DNA of 63,644 nucleotides, the filler included, from Chiloscyllium plagiosum (lineage: Eukaryota), in NCBI RefSeq assembly GCF_004010195.1. It is 3 parts of one record of this genome, joined end to end, with 100 filler letters (N's around TTAATTAATTAA, not from the genome) between each part and the next. Parts side by side here need not be neighbours in the genome. Positions count along the whole stretch, not along the records: positions 1 to 31,486 come from NC_057715.1; 2 more parts are not named here. One strand, written 5' to 3'. Below the pieces are notes generated by a model, which was not told the origin of the DNA, made no database searches, and saw only the letters and a program-made list of their open reading frames with translations. The position numbers and the translations under genes are program-made. Of the stretch, positions 13,340 to 26,566 are shown piece after piece. Position 1 is the stretch's first letter. Every line of letters begins with the position of its first letter.

Positions 13340-14580
13340 GTATAAACTCAAGGAACAGGGTGAGGCCATTAGTATCCTTGAGTTTACTGCACCGTTGTAT
13401 CTGTTTGTAATCTCAAATCAGTTTGTGCTTGCATGGATAACATTATATGGCCTTGCTTAACCAAATCCTTAAAATTATTCATAGACTCTGCTTCCACTAT
13501 TTTTGTCGGAAGGGTGTTCCAAATACTCATCATACTCTGAGAGAGAAAAAAAAAAGCCTTAGCTGTTATAAATGGATGAATGCTCATTTTTAAATACTGA
13601 TCCTTAGTTATAGATTCTTCTGCGAAAGCAAACATCCTTTCCACATCTACCATGTCAAAGCTCCTCAAAATCTTAAATATTTCAATCAAATCACCTCTTC
13701 ATTTTTCTAAATTCAAGCAGATGCAAACTTAACCTATCAAATCTTTCCTCATAAGACAATCCGCCTCTTCCAAGTATTAGTCTAAGAAACATTTTTCAAA
13801 ATTCTTTTATTGTATTTACAATCTTGCTTAAATAAGGTGACCAGTATTGTACACTATGCTCCAGATGTGGTTTAACAGCACTCTGATATAACTAAAAAAT
13901 GACTTCGCCATGTTTGTATCCAATCCTTATTGCAATAAATGATAGTCTTTTATTAGCTTGCCTATTTGCTTGCTGTACCTATATATTAACCGTTTGTGAT
14001 TCATGTACTAGGGCTCTCAAACCCCTCTGCAAATCAGAGGTCTGTAATCTCTCATCATTTAGATATGCCTCTTTTTTTAAATCTTCCTGCATTTTCTCAA
14101 TTATACTCCATTTGCCACACCTTTGTCTATACACTTCCCTACATACATCTTGTAATGTCCTCCCATCCTCTTCACAACCTACTTTCCTACATAACTTTGT
14201 GTCACCATCAAATTTGACAACCTGACCTCGGCTTTTGATGATGTTATTTACATAAATTGTTTCCAGTTGATTCCTGTGGCACACTGCTTGTTACATTTCA
14301 TTAACCTGAAAAAGACCAATTTATGCCAACTTTCTGCTTCCTGTCAGGCAGCTTATCTTTCATCATTGTCAATATGCTGCTTGCTAAACAATGAGCTTTT
14401 ATTTTCCTCCATAACCTTTGGTGCAGCACTTCATCAAAGGTATTCTTGAAATCTAAATACAGTATGTCTGTCAGTTCCTCTTTATGCCTGGAACATGTCA
14501 CACTGTCAAAGAACTCCAATAGATTGATTCAATGTGGTTTGCCTTTCACAAAACCAGATCGACTCTACCTGATTACCTTG
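13340..14580 (-). mobile_element. CR1 LINE ORF2 RT-to-3' fragment
   Basis: ORF peptides EFFDSVT...DILYLDFKNTFDEVLHQRL, KFDGDTKLCRKV and IEIFKILRSFDMVDVERMF. Confidence 0.85.
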
Positions 14581-14896
14581 GTCAGGTAGTGATGTGCTTA
14601 GCAGCATATGCTCCTAATTCTAATCTAGCTAAAGTGTCCACCAAGGTGTCAGCATCTGACTTGGTGGAGACAATGTGAACAAGCTTTGCTGATGGTTCCT
14701 TGAGGGATTTGTAGTGGTTGCCTCCTCAGCATTGACTGAACGGGCTGGTCTTTTGCAGGCGGAAGCTGTGTGGATGCTATTGATGCCTGAAGAGAGAATG
14801 TGTTGTGAAACAAGCGTAAACGTTTGGCCATGTTAAGAATATGTGCACAGTGATGTTAAAAGGAGAGCAACCCAGAACATCACAACCAATCTTACG

Positions 14897-15010
14897 AAAG
14901 CAAAATGCTGCAAATGCTGAAAATCTGAAATAAAAACAGAAATTGCTGGAGAAAGCTTAGAAGTTCTGTCAGCATCTGTGGAGAGAAAAACAGAGTTAAT
15001 GTTTCAAGTT
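14897..15010 (-). mobile_element. Penelope-type terminal fragment (family D); further copies at about 12228-12345, 39310-39375, 41680-41780, 48185-48240 and 49095-49170
   Basis: Shared motif GCAAAATGCTGCAAATGCTG.AAATCTGAAATAAAAACAGAAATTGCTGGA...GCAGCATCTGTGGAGAGAAAAACAGAGTTAATGTTTC; the minus strand starts at the GAAAC half of a hammerhead. Confidence 0.5.
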
Positions 15011-15039
15011 CAGTCTTTGAATCATTAGTTCGGGCACAA

Positions 15040-15735
15040 CTTTAGCACTGTGTATAATTCTGCTCACCTCAAAAGAATGTAAATGAACTACAGAGGGTGC
15101 TTAGGAGTTTATGATGATGTTGTCAAGGCTGGTGAAATGAACCCAAGAGAGATGTTTGGCTGAGGTTGTTCTCCTTAGAACAGAGGTGGCTGAGAGGAAC
15201 TTCCCTTCCCCCGTCCACATTCCTGATGAAGGGCTTATGCCCAAAACATTGATTCTCCTGCTCCTCGGATGCTGCCTGACCTGCTGTGCTTTTCCAGCAC
15301 CACACGTTTTGACTCTGACTCTCCAGCATCTGCAGTCTTCACTTTCTCCTAGAGGCTGAGAAGAGCTTTGATAGAAGTGGACAAAATTGTGAGGGAACTG
15401 CATAAAGCAAATGAAAAAGGCCTATTTAACTTAAAAGGTAGAGCTGTGACTATGAGGTATTAATTGAAAGTGATGTATATAAATATTAAAGAGGATTTGA
15501 AAAAAGATTTTGTTCACACAGTGGGTAGCAGGGCCAGGGTCTCACTGCCTGAAAGAGGAGTTAAGGGTTCTTGCCCCTACTACTTTCGAAGGTGTTTGGA
15601 TATGTAGCTGAAGTCCTGTAACCTCTATTACTTTGGAGCAAATGCTGGAAAGTTGAGTTGGATTCCTTTTTGGCATGTGCAGACACAATGGGCCAAATGG
15701 TCTCATTCTTTGCAGTAAACATTCTATGGTTCTAT
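15040..15735 (+). mobile_element. Decayed CR1 3' end
   Basis: CR1 3' region similarity; terminus ATTCTATGGTTCTATGA. Confidence 0.7.
15201..15353 (+). mobile_element. Penelope-like 3' end (family A) inserted in CR1
   Basis: CTGATGAAGGGCTTATGCCCAAAACATT (hammerhead core with GAAA mutated to AAAA) plus the family tail; GGCTGAGA duplicated on both flanks. Confidence 0.75.
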
Positions 15736-16544
15736 GAATTGCTATTTAAGATGGCCTACGAGATCAAAGCTGTTAGACTGGAGTTACAATCATGTGTTTA
15801 CTCTGTAACTCCCTTAAACATTTTAAAAAGTGATCTGTTCTTCCCTGAATAAAAGAACAATCTAAAAAGTGAGTTTTTTCTTCTTCTTCCCACATTGTGT
15901 ACCAACCAGACAAATAAAAGAAGAAGCTGAATAATTTGTGCCATTCTGTAAATCCTTGATAGAGTCAGAGACCTGAATAACATCTGAAACAGCATACAAC
16001 AATAAAAGGGGTCATTTCAATGGCTTGATGGAAGATGCCTTTTGAGAACAATCTTGTAACCAACCGGTTTCCAGTATCCGGCTTCCTGTGACACTTTCAA
16101 TGAAACACATTACACTTGAGGAAATTGAGCTGAAGAGATTGAATGAGTTTGAATATATCTTCAGTCCAAAGTCTAGGTGGTACATTTCTGTTTCATAACA
16201 AGAACTATAATAGGTTTTTTTCTCGCTTACTAATGGAGCCTGAAAGCCACATAATCCCTGATGTGTCCGGAAGCTGAGATACAGAAAATGTCATCTGCAT
16301 CAGAGATACATTCTCATTGAAGAAACCTCGACTTTTGTATCCATTCATATTTATGTATTTTTAAAAGGTGACCTTAAGGTGAATGTTCTGAGAGATAATG
16401 AGGAAATATGCAACATGAAATATTTGAGATGACAACATATGGCTCCATCTGGAGGCACTATAGGTCATTACTGGCCAATCATCAGCATGTCAGAATTGTA
16501 AGGGTCACCACCTTGTAAGTGCCTCAATTTATTTAAGTATTTCT

Positions 16545-17685
16545 CCAGGTAGCAGGCAGTAACCAGTAAAATACTGCAGGGATCAGTATGTAGACTCCAG
16601 CTATCCACAATATATGCTAATGATTAGCTGAGGAAAATGAATGTACTGTCTCCAAGTTTGCAGATGACACAAAGCTGGGTGGGAAAGTGAACTATGAGGA
16701 GTATACAGAGGTGCTTCAGTGTAATTTGGAACAGTTGAGTGAGTGAGCAAAAGGTGCAGTATAATGCACTTTGGTACAAAAACAAGAAAGCCGTTTATTA
16801 TCTGAATGGCAGTAAATTGGCAAAGGGGGAGGTGCAATGAGGCCTCAATGCAGTTGCATATCAATTAAACAAAAAAAAGCATTGAACTTTGACTCTATCC
16901 AAAAAAAAAACAAAGACCTCTCATACTTACAATACTGGTTTTTACAGATATCATTGAGATACTGGGAAGGTCTGATAATTGAACGGACCCCATTTAGCTT
17001 CAGCAGGAAGGTCTCAGACAGTCTTTTTTTTCTCAAAAACATACTTCATTAAAAAAAAAATCTAAGTATATATGCAACTCTACAGAACAGAACTGCATTT
17101 GTGACAATATATATGTACAAAGAGTTTTTTTATGAATAAAGCATAGTGCTCGTGTACACAGTCGCTGAAAGTAAGCAGTCAGGTACAGTGGGTAGTGAAG
17201 AAGGCAAATGATATCTTGACCTCATAGTGAGAGGATTTGAAATCAGGAACACGAAAGTCTTGCTCCAACTGTACAGGGTAGTGTTTGTACTCGTTGGAGT
17301 TTAGAAGAATGAAAGGAGACCTTATTGAGACCGTATTCTAAGAGAAAATGACAGAGTCAATGTGGAAAGCTTGTTTCTCCTTGTGGAGAGCCTACGACTA
17401 AAGAGCGTCATCTCAGCGTAAGGGGTCGTCCATTTAAGACAGTGATGAGGAGGATTTTCTTCTCTCAGATGGCAGTGTATCTGTAGACATCTTTCCTGCA
17501 GAGGGCTACTGAGACTGGATTTATTCAAGGCTGAGACAGACAGATTTTTTACCGGTAAGGGAATCAAGTGCTATGGGGAAAACACAGAGAAGTAGAGTGG
17601 AGGATTTCAGATCAGTCATAATCCCATTGAATGGCAGAGCATCTCAATGCCTACATCTCCTCCAATGTTTTAATGGTCTCGTAAT
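16545..17685 (+). mobile_element. CR1 LINE RT/3' fragment with an unrelated insert at about 16850-17145
   Basis: SKFADDTKLGG encoded at 16650-16683; CR1 3' region at 17146-17685. Confidence 0.8.
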
Positions 17686-18193
17686 GTCATATAATTGGAG
17701 ATGAAGATTTGCATTTTTGACGTTTTTTAGGTCAAAATATTATTTGAAAACAGCTGCAAGCAGATATCCACTTTCACACCAGAAAACAAAGCATTTCCTC
17801 ATAAACAATAAACTTCAGATTTATTTTTGAAAATAATTAATATAACTGATGTTTGCAAACATTTTCGTAAAACACAATGATGTTCAAAAGTTGCCTGGTG
17901 TCACTTAACTTCATTCTTGGCTGCTCTGCCCCTTTGAGCTTCATTTCGAAACATACTGCTGATGACTAAATGTATGCTGGCTGTCATCGTAAGCTATCAG
18001 CACAGAAGGAGAGAATACTGCTTATGGCAAGCCACCTAAACAGCTGTGTATGCTTTGTCAGAATCAAAAGCATGCTAATGTTTTAGCATATTATTGTGTT
18101 TAACACCAATTTAAAAAATTATCTTTTGGTAGCTAATTCATTATTGGAATTGAGTCGAAATTCAGAAAGCTCATATAAATTTGACACTGGAGT

Positions 18194-18612
18194 GTCAGCC
18201 ATAGTTCAGCTGATAGCACAGTTGTTTTTGAATTCTAAGACTTTTGGTTCAATTCCCAAGGCCTAAGCACAAAATTCGAAGCTGACACTGTACTGAGGGA
18301 ATACTGGATTTCTGGAGATATTGTCTTTCACACTAAACATTAAACTGAGATTCCATCTGTCTGCTCAGTTACATATAAAGAGATCTGGTACTATTAAAAT
18401 GATGATTCAGGGAGTTAACCCTAGTGTCCTGAGCAATATGCATCACGTACTCAACATGCAAAAGATTGAATCATTATGGCATTGTCAATTTTGGGAATGT
18501 GTTTTGTGGAAATGGCTGTGTTTCCTACATTTCAATAGTGAGTACACTACGAAACCAATTCATGAGCTAGAAAGTACTTTAATAACAGTGGAAATTTGCA
18601 TAAAAATCTAAG
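18194..18612 (+). mobile_element. tRNA-derived Deu-domain-like SINE (SacSINE1-like)
   Basis: A-box-like TAGTTCAGCTGATAG, B-box-like GGTTCAATTCCC, and a body shared with other copies in the window. Confidence 0.5.
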
Positions 18613-19290
18613 TGGGGAGGCAATGGCCTAGTGATATTATCACTAGATAGTTAATCTACAGATCCAAGTTCCAGGTATGAACTCTGAAGTAGCAAATTAA
18701 AGAATCTGAATTCAATAACAACAAAATCTGGAACTAAAAGTTTAATGATCCTCATGAAACCAGGGCTGATCTTCAGAAAAATCTATCATGTTCACTATTT
18801 TTTTTTCAGGGTTAAGGAAATCAACCATCTATACCTGGTCTTTGTGACTCCAGACCCACAGCAATGCTCTCTGAAGTGTCCAAGCAAGCCATTCTGTTGC
18901 ATTTCAATGTCCACCAGTAGCACTACTGATCGAGCTGGTTAGGTCCTACAGGACATCGCTGTTAAATTAGGTCTGTGGCAGTTAGTGAGACAACTTACAA
19001 AAGGAGGAAACATACTAGCCCCAATCCTTATTCCGGCTGGCAGTTTGGTGAGGGTGAGATCAAGTATGTTTCTCTCTTGTTGGCTCCCTCATCACCTGCT
19101 GCTGATGCATTTGTCCATAACTATCAATAAGAATGATGACCGGGCAATCCTTGAGGAGACAAAATCCTATCTTGCATTGATAATACCTTACATCATATTG
19201 TATGGCAATATCAATGTACTAAATAGACAGACCTCAAACAGATGTAGCAATCTGGCATTGACAAGACAGTGTGGGCCATCAGCAGAATTA
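18613..19290 (+). mobile_element. tRNA-like head joined to the endonuclease region of a CR1/L2-group LINE
   Basis: Head GGGGAGGCAATGGCCTAGTGATATTATCACTAG is homologous to 41030-41210; downstream DIAVKLGLWQLVRQLTKGGNIL is an APE-endonuclease-like remnant. Confidence 0.55.
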
Positions 19291-19530
19291 CAGGCTTCAA
19301 AAAGTCTGGGTTTGAAGGGTTTTAGGGACAGTTTGATTATAGCTAACAGATACTGCCTCCGGTAAAAGGCTTTTACATTTAAAAAAACACTTGCACAATG
19401 AAAGGGGAGTAGCCAGGTCTTCTAGCTCAGCTTTTCTCTGGTTTGGGTCTGGGATAGAAATTGGGGAAAAGAGAAATCATCACATGGAAATGGAAAGGTA
19501 GATCTCAGCGAAGATCATAAGGATAACTTA
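19291..19530 (+). mobile_element. Plus-strand LTR fragment fused to a gag fragment of the Gmr1-like family
   Basis: 19291-19452 aligns to LTR 26637-26798; 19451-19506 aligns to the reverse complement of gag 22556-22610. Confidence 0.85.
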
Positions 19531-21428
19531 CTATTTTTGCAGGAGCAAGATACAGCTACTTGTAACTCTTTGTGCAAGCATATCTAGCTTAACATATATC
19601 GCCCCCCCCCCCCCCCACCCGCATGACTCAGCCTTATGATCTTCGCAGAAACAACAAACTTCACAAGTAACTTGGAAAAAGACCAGCATTGTGACACTTC
19701 CCCCCTTAAAAAAAATAACCATCAGTATCCAAAGATGGCTTCATTTTTCAAATTCCCAAAAAATAGTGGTTGGTATCCTAAAATATACATATACGTTCAT
19801 TCATTAAAAACATGAAAACATGTCCAACTACATTCGGATTCAGTCTGTGGTTCACCTACCACCAAACGCTTCCATCTCTCATTCAAGTCTCGATAATGCA
19901 TTGACAATCACATTTTCTCGTCCTGCCACAAGCACAATTGTCAAACTGAATAGTTGTAACAACAAGCTCCATCTAAACAGTCTGGCACTTTTGTCCTTAA
20001 ATTTCTCCACAAATTCCAATGGGTTATGATCAGTGTATACAATTGTCTTAGATGCATTACTGGTAATATAAATACTGAAATGTTGTCGAATATTTCTGTT
20101 GATGAACTTCAACTTCCTGGAGAAATGCCCAATAGGTCTTTCTATCTTCTCATCATCTTTTGATAAGAGCACCACACCGACACCCACATCATGCGTATCA
20201 ATAGCCACCTTGAACGGCTTTGTTTAATTAGGTGTGGCTAATACCGGGGCAGTGGTTCATACAGCATTTAGGCTGTCAAATGCCTTCTGACAGTCTGCTG
20301 TCCACAGAAACTTCTTGCCTTTCTTTAACAATTCAGTGAGCGGGGCAGCCACATTGAAAAAAATTGGTACAAACTTTCGATAAAATCCACTCAATCACAG
20401 GAACCATAGTACTGCTCTTTTTTGTCGATGATATGGGAAATTCCCTAATTACTTTCATTTTCGCATCCCGTGGGGCTTTTTGTTCATGTCCAATAATATG
20501 GCCCAGGAAGGTGCCTTGGGCTTTGGCAAATTCACTTTTATCTAGATTAATGACCAAACCTGCCTTCTGAAGTTGATCGAACAAGTCCAATAAATGTTCC
20601 ATGAGTGACTAAAAATCGCCAGGTCATCAATATACACCACACAGTTGGGTAATCCGGCAATGCCCTTATTAGTCAGTCTCTGAAATGTGGCTAGAGCATT
20701 TTCATACCAAATGGCATGACTTTAAACTGATACATTCCATTTGGTGTTACAAAAGCTGAAATTGCCTTTGCTCTTTTTGACAAAGACACTTGCCAGTAGC
20801 CTCTGAGCAAGTCCAACTTGGAAACGTAAGTTGCTTGTCCCACCTTTTCATCACAGTCTTCCAACTGCAGAGTTGGATATGCATCAGTCTTTGTAATGAT
20901 GTTGACTTTACGATAGTCCACACAAAACAGTTGGGTACCATCTAGTTTTGGTATTATTACTATGGGTGAGCTGCAGTCACTGTAACTCACTTCGATTGTC
21001 ATCTTGGAGTATGCATTCACTCTCCTTTTGAACCTGTGCCTATAATCAGTACAGCATCTCCTATCTCTACAACATGTCCCAGTTTATTTCCACATATCTC
21101 CCCATGTGATAGTAATAATTCTTTCAGGTCATTTTGATTTTTCTCAGGAAGGTAATTCAATAATTTATCCCAATCTTTGACAACTTCCTCATAGTTCAAT
21201 TAATTTGAGGAACGCCCAATGCAGAATCCTCTGAACTTGGTTCCTCCTTCTGTGCTGTGATCATTAACACCTTCTCCTCTTGCTTTCCTTCCATATCAAA
21301 ATACCTTTTGAGCATATTCACGTGACACACTCTGTGAGATTTCTTTCTGTCTGGAGTCCCTGTCAAGTAGTTCACCTCACTCAATTTCCTTTCGATTTGA
21401 TAAAGTCCACTAAACCTTGCTTTTAAAG

Positions 21429-21626
21429 TCATGATTTGGAGATGCCGGTGTTGGACTGGAGTATACAAAGTTCAAAATCACACGACACCAGGTTATAGTC
21501 CTATAGATTTAGTTGGAAGCACTAACTTTCAGGATGCTGCTCCTTCATCAGGTGGTTGTCCCCTGAAAGCTAGTGCTTCCAAATAAACCTGTTGGACTAT
21601 AATCTGGTGTCATGTGATTTTTAATT
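21429..21626. mobile_element. Fold-back Penelope-like mini insertion (family C) in the integrase tail of copy 1
   Basis: Inverted arms about 21466-21533 and 21562-21629; 12-bp TSD TTGC(T/C)TTTAAAG at 21417-21428 and 21627-21638; hammerhead motif on the minus strand at 21520-21554. Confidence 0.85.
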
Positions 21627-23696
21627 TTGCCTTTAAAGGTTCACCTATTACTAGAAGTAACGCTAATATCATATTCTTGGTAGCAAAATTGCGAATATTG
21701 ATTTCTTGTCTGTATATGCATTTTGATACAACTGCTTTAAATTTTCATCTTTCTGCTGTAACTCAATGAGGTTTGCAGAGCTAAAGATATTTGCATGATT
21801 ACCTTTTTGCTCATATTTTGTCTCAACTATCTGATTGAACACAGTCTCTGTTAATGCCACTTCAGCTTCCTTATCTATATCCATTGATCTCTCCTGTTTC
21901 AACTGATGACTCTGTGACCTTGTTACTACACAACCAGAGAAGATTCCAGGGTAAAAGTCCTGCCTTGCTTCAATTGTCTGAAACTCCGCTGGCTTTTCAA
22001 CCACAGTCAGCTGCCCACCTACCAGTGAATCAGCTATATCATTCGCAAGGACAAATTGTATTCCTAGAGCTGAGAGTTTGTCCAGTATTCCTACCACAAA
22101 TTCTCCACTCATCTCTGGACAGTCTAGTCTCACTTCACGTAACTGAGCGCTTTTTGTCTCACCATGAATTCCTGTTACCAATACTTTCTCTGGCAATAGT
22201 CCTTTGGGAGTACATGTCTCCTCATCCTTCAGCATCACAGACTGAGAGGATCCTGTGTCCCTTAATATTGTAAGCTATTTACCTGCTACTCCTGGCGTAT
22301 GTGAATAACCTTTAACTTTGCAGGCATATTTTCTAAGCAGATCCAGCACTTCCTCCTTAACCAACCTCTGATCAGCTTGTACACTCTGCTGCAGCTTTCT
22401 AGCCTCCACTGTGCTTTCTGTTACCACTCCAACAAATCTCCCACAGTTGTCCTGTTTTCCTACATCTGGCTTTTTCCCCATCCACCAACACTGTGATTTA
22501 ATGTGGCCTTCTTTACTGCAGTGAACATATCAGAGCTTTTTACCTTCTTTCTCCAAGATCTACCTTTCCCTTTCCATGTGAGGATTTCACTCTGCCCCAG
22601 TCTCTATCCCTCAGGAACTGAAATTGATTCTGGAAGCCAAAGCGAGTTTTATAGACCAGCTCATAATCATCAGCCACTTCAGCTGCTAACCTTGCTGTTT
22701 TAATTCTCTGCTCTCCTCTTCGCACTACGTCAGGCAGTGAATCTTTGAACTCTTCCAAAATAATTGTCTCTCTAAGACCATCGTAAGTTTGCTCTATTTT
22801 TAAAGCTCTTATCCACCCATCAAAATTACTCTGTTTGATCCTTTCAAACTCAATGTAGGTTTGACCAGAGTCCCTCCTTAGATTCCTGAAACATTGTCTA
22901 TAGGCTTCTGTTACAAGCTCATAATCACAAGACAGCTATTTTTCACCTCCTCATACTCCCCAGATACCCCTCCTCTGATAGTGATGTGAATACCTCACTA
23001 GCTCTACCTACAAGTTTGGTTTGGATCAACAAAACCCACATGGTCATTGGCCACTTCATTTGTTTAGCCACCTTTTCAAATGAGATGAAAAAAGCTTCCA
23101 CATCCTTCTCATCAAATATAGGCCATGCTTGAACATACTTAAACAGTTTCTCACTAGGCTTCTGACCACCAGGGGCTTGCTCATCCTCACTAAGCCTACA
23201 CTCAGCCTTTATCTCCAGCCTCTTAAGCTGATTTTCCTTTCTAAGTGTCATTTTCTGATGTTCAAACTCTCTCTTTTCCTTTCTCTTCTGCTAAAGCCCA
23301 TTGTTCTTTTTCTTTCTCTTCTGATTTTAATCGTAACTCAAACTGTTTCATTTGTACTTCAAACTGAAGTTACTTAAATTGCAATTGAAGTTTAGCTATG
23401 TCTACAGATCTCAATGGTGTTTCCAGGAAATATAATTACTGAGCTACTGCTACACTCATCTCATCTTTCCTCATGTTAGGAGGTAACTTCAACTGCTTGA
23501 GTACTAATTCCCACAGCTTGGTTTTATTTGCCTTTTGTAAAGTGCAAAGTCACTTCTTCCACCTCCAGAACCTGCTTGGTGACTGAAAGAGCCATTGCTA
23601 TCCAAGTGCAGTTTAAACCAACAAACTCAACATCTGAAATAAAAGACACTAACACCTACCACTTTGCTGTTTAAATCCTGCAAAGAGCCTCCAATC

Positions 23697-24343
23697 TGTT
23701 ATGAGCTAGGCTGGACCCTTCAAAACAGTTTTAAGCAGGTAGCCCAGACCGTAACTTTGCTATTACTTTTAAGTAAGTGTATAGTGGATATTCCCGGAGT
23801 GAATTAGCTGATCCAACTACCAAGTTTTAAACAAACAGAACTTATTTACAAAATTACGGAATGAAACACAAAGAAGAGAAAAGTAGAATACTGGATAACC
23901 TATCCTATCCAAAAGCCTAACAAACTATCCCGACTTAATGATGCTGTTCTAAAATTACTTGCAACAATCCCAATAAACACACTCCCTTAGCAAAAACAGT
24001 AAAGATTAAACAAACCAGGGCTCACAGGCATAAAGTTAGAGAGAGAGTACCCGGCTGGACTTGCCCCAGCAGCCTTTCCTCACACACACTCCTGCTGAAC
24101 TGAATCAAAAACTCTAATCTAAACGAAGGTTAGTTACACAGCTAGCTGGCCACTTCCCTTTGACTATATATGCTTTTTAAGAGATGAAAGGCTTAGGCCA
24201 GAGGCATTATCTGTTAGGGGGTAAACAAAAAGGGGCCCAATAAACCTTTCAAACCCATCCTAGTTGGAGCTTGGCCAACTACTCCCTCTCTGGAAAAAAA
24301 CTCAAGGGCATGTTAATCTTGTAAAAAGACCAGCATTGTGACA
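23697..24343 (-). repeat. 5' LTR of Gmr1-like copy 1 (647 bp)
   Basis: Starts TGTCACAATGCTGGTCTTTTT, identical to the 3' LTR start at 19696; ends CATAACA. Confidence 0.85.
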
Positions 24344-25655
24344 GGCATGAAGTGAGAGGACTGCTAAAATTGATTAAGGATAAATTGCTAAGTTAGAATT
24401 CAGAGACCACATGTTTGGACTATGTGTCAAATTTTTGGGAATGGTTAAATAAAGTGGGAGAGTTGGCTAGACAACGCTTAAAAGTATCACAGCATACAAT
24501 GAGGTAGGAAGCAGACAAATCAAAAATTTGCTATTTTGCTATCGGAGATAAGGTGTTAGTGTTACTTCCAGTGATAGGCGAACCTTTAAAAGCAAGGTTT
24601 AGTGGACCGTATCAGGTCAAAAGGAAGTTGAGTGCTGTGAACAATTCTGTAAGGATTCCAGAGCGTGTTATGTAAATATGCTCAAAGGTATTTTGATAAG
24701 GAAGGAATATCAAAGGAGGCTGTGTTATTGGTTATAACAGAGGGAAGAATTGGACATTCCACAAATTAAATTGGAATATGAGGAAGTTTCAAAGATTGGG
24801 ATAAATTATTGAGTTACCTTCCTGAGGAAAATCAAAATGACTTGAAAGAGTTATTGCTATCACATGGGGAGATCTGTGGAAATAAGCTGGGAAATACTAA
24901 CCTGATTATGCATGATGTAGATATAGGAGATGCTGTTCTGATTAAGCAACATCCTAATGGTATAACTCTAAAGTTGGCACAGGTTCAAAAAGAGATTGAA
25001 GGTATGTTCCAAGACGACATAATTGAAGTGAGTTACAGTGACTGGCACTCACCCATAATAATGGTACCAAAGCCAGCTGATACCCAACAGTTATGGGTGG
25101 ACTATCGCAAAGTCAATGCAGTTACAAAGATTGATGCACACCCAATTCCGCAGCTGAAAGATTGTGTTGAGAAGGTGGGACAAACAACTTACGTTTCCAA
25201 GTTGGACTTGCTCAGAGGCTACTGGCAAGTGCCATTGTCAAAAAGAGCAAAGGCAATTTCAGCTTTTGTAACACCAAATGGACTGTATCAGTTTAAAGTC
25301 ATACCATTTGTTATGAAAAATGCACCAGGCACATTTCAGAGACTGACTAATAAGGTCATTGCCAGATTACTCAATTGTGTCAATTCTACTCAAATATATA
25401 TTGATGACCTGGTGATTTTTAGACACACATTGAAGGAATGTTTGCAACATTTATCAGAATTGTTCGATCAACTTCAGAAGGCAGGCTTGGTGCTATACCT
25501 GGTTAAAAGCCCAAGTCACCTTCCTGGGCCATGTTATTGGACATGGACAAATGGCCTCACGGAATGCAAAAACAAAGGTAATTGGGTGGTTTCCCATCCT
25601 ACTGAAAAAAAGAGCAACACTACGGTTCCTGGGATTGAGTGGATTTTATCGAAAG

Positions 25656-25851
25656 GGAGACAGTGAGGTCTGCAGATGCTGGAGATCAGAGTTGAGAATG
25701 TGTTGCTAGAAAAGCACAGCAAGTCAGACAGCATCCGAGGAGCAGGAAAATTGACATTTCTGGCAGGAGTCTCCAGCCCAAAACGTCAATTTTCCTGCTC
25801 CTCAGATGCTGCCTGACCTGCTGTGCTTTTCCAGCAACATTTTCTCAACCC
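25656..25851. mobile_element. Fold-back Penelope-like mini insertion (family A) in the RT-RH region of copy 2
   Basis: Perfect 16-bp TSD TGGATTTTATCGAAAG at 25640-25655 and 25852-25867; inverted arms about 25691-25764 and 25776-25849. Confidence 0.9.
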
Positions 25852-26566
25852 TGGATTTTATCGAAAGCTTGTACCAAATTTTAGCAGTTGGCTACCCCAC
25901 TCACAAGATTGTTAAATAAAGGCAAGGCATTTCAGTGGACAGCAGACTGTCAGAAGGCATTTGACAGCCTGAAAACTGTGTTAACCATTGTCCTGATATT
26001 AGCAACACCTAATTATGCAAAGCTATTCGAGGTGGCTATCGATACACATGATGTGGGTGTCGGTGCTGTGCTGTTGCAACAAGATGACGAGAAGGTCGAA
26101 AGACCTATCCGGTATTTCTACAGGAAATTGAACATTCTTCAGCAGAAACGTTTGACAGTTGAGAAGGAAACTTTGAGCATAAACAATTCAGTGTTTATGT
26201 TACCACTAACATGTCTGAGACAATCATATACACCGATCATAACCCATTGAAGTTTGTGGAGAAATTCAAGGACAAAATTACCAGACTGTTTAGATGGAAC
26301 TTGTTGTTATAGCCATTCAGTTTGACAATTGTACATGTGGCAGGACAAGAAAATGGAATTGCCGACACACTGTCAAGTCTTGAATGAAAATCATAGGCAT
26401 TTGGTGGCAGGAGTAAAACAGACTGAAACCAAATGTAGTAGTGCATGTTTGCATAATTATAGTCAATGTAATGTATATTGGTGTTGTGTACTAACAATTT
26501 AGGATTAAGGGAATTTAAAATGAAGCCAATTTTAGATATTGATCATTTCTTTTTTGAGGGGTGAGG

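Larger units (their letters stand above)
19670..24343 (-). mobile_element. Gmr1-like Ty3/gypsy LTR retrotransposon, copy 1 (defective)
   Basis: 5' LTR 24343-23697; PBS-like TGGAGGCTC; gag from ATG 23595 with SCAN-like YELVTEAYRQCFRNL...ETIILEEFK and a degenerate knuckle HCSKEGHIKSQC; protease ILRDTGSSQS (about 22250); integrase C-terminus LKARFSGLYQI; RT VVYIDDL (about 20630); RNase H ending NALSRLE; PPT AAGGGGGGAAG; 3' LTR starts at 19696 and is truncated after about 27 bp. Confidence 0.92.

Noticed and set aside
24809..25666. 285-aa RT ORF as an active or domesticated gene
   Set aside because: Part of a frameshifted, insertion-disrupted LTR retrotransposon.
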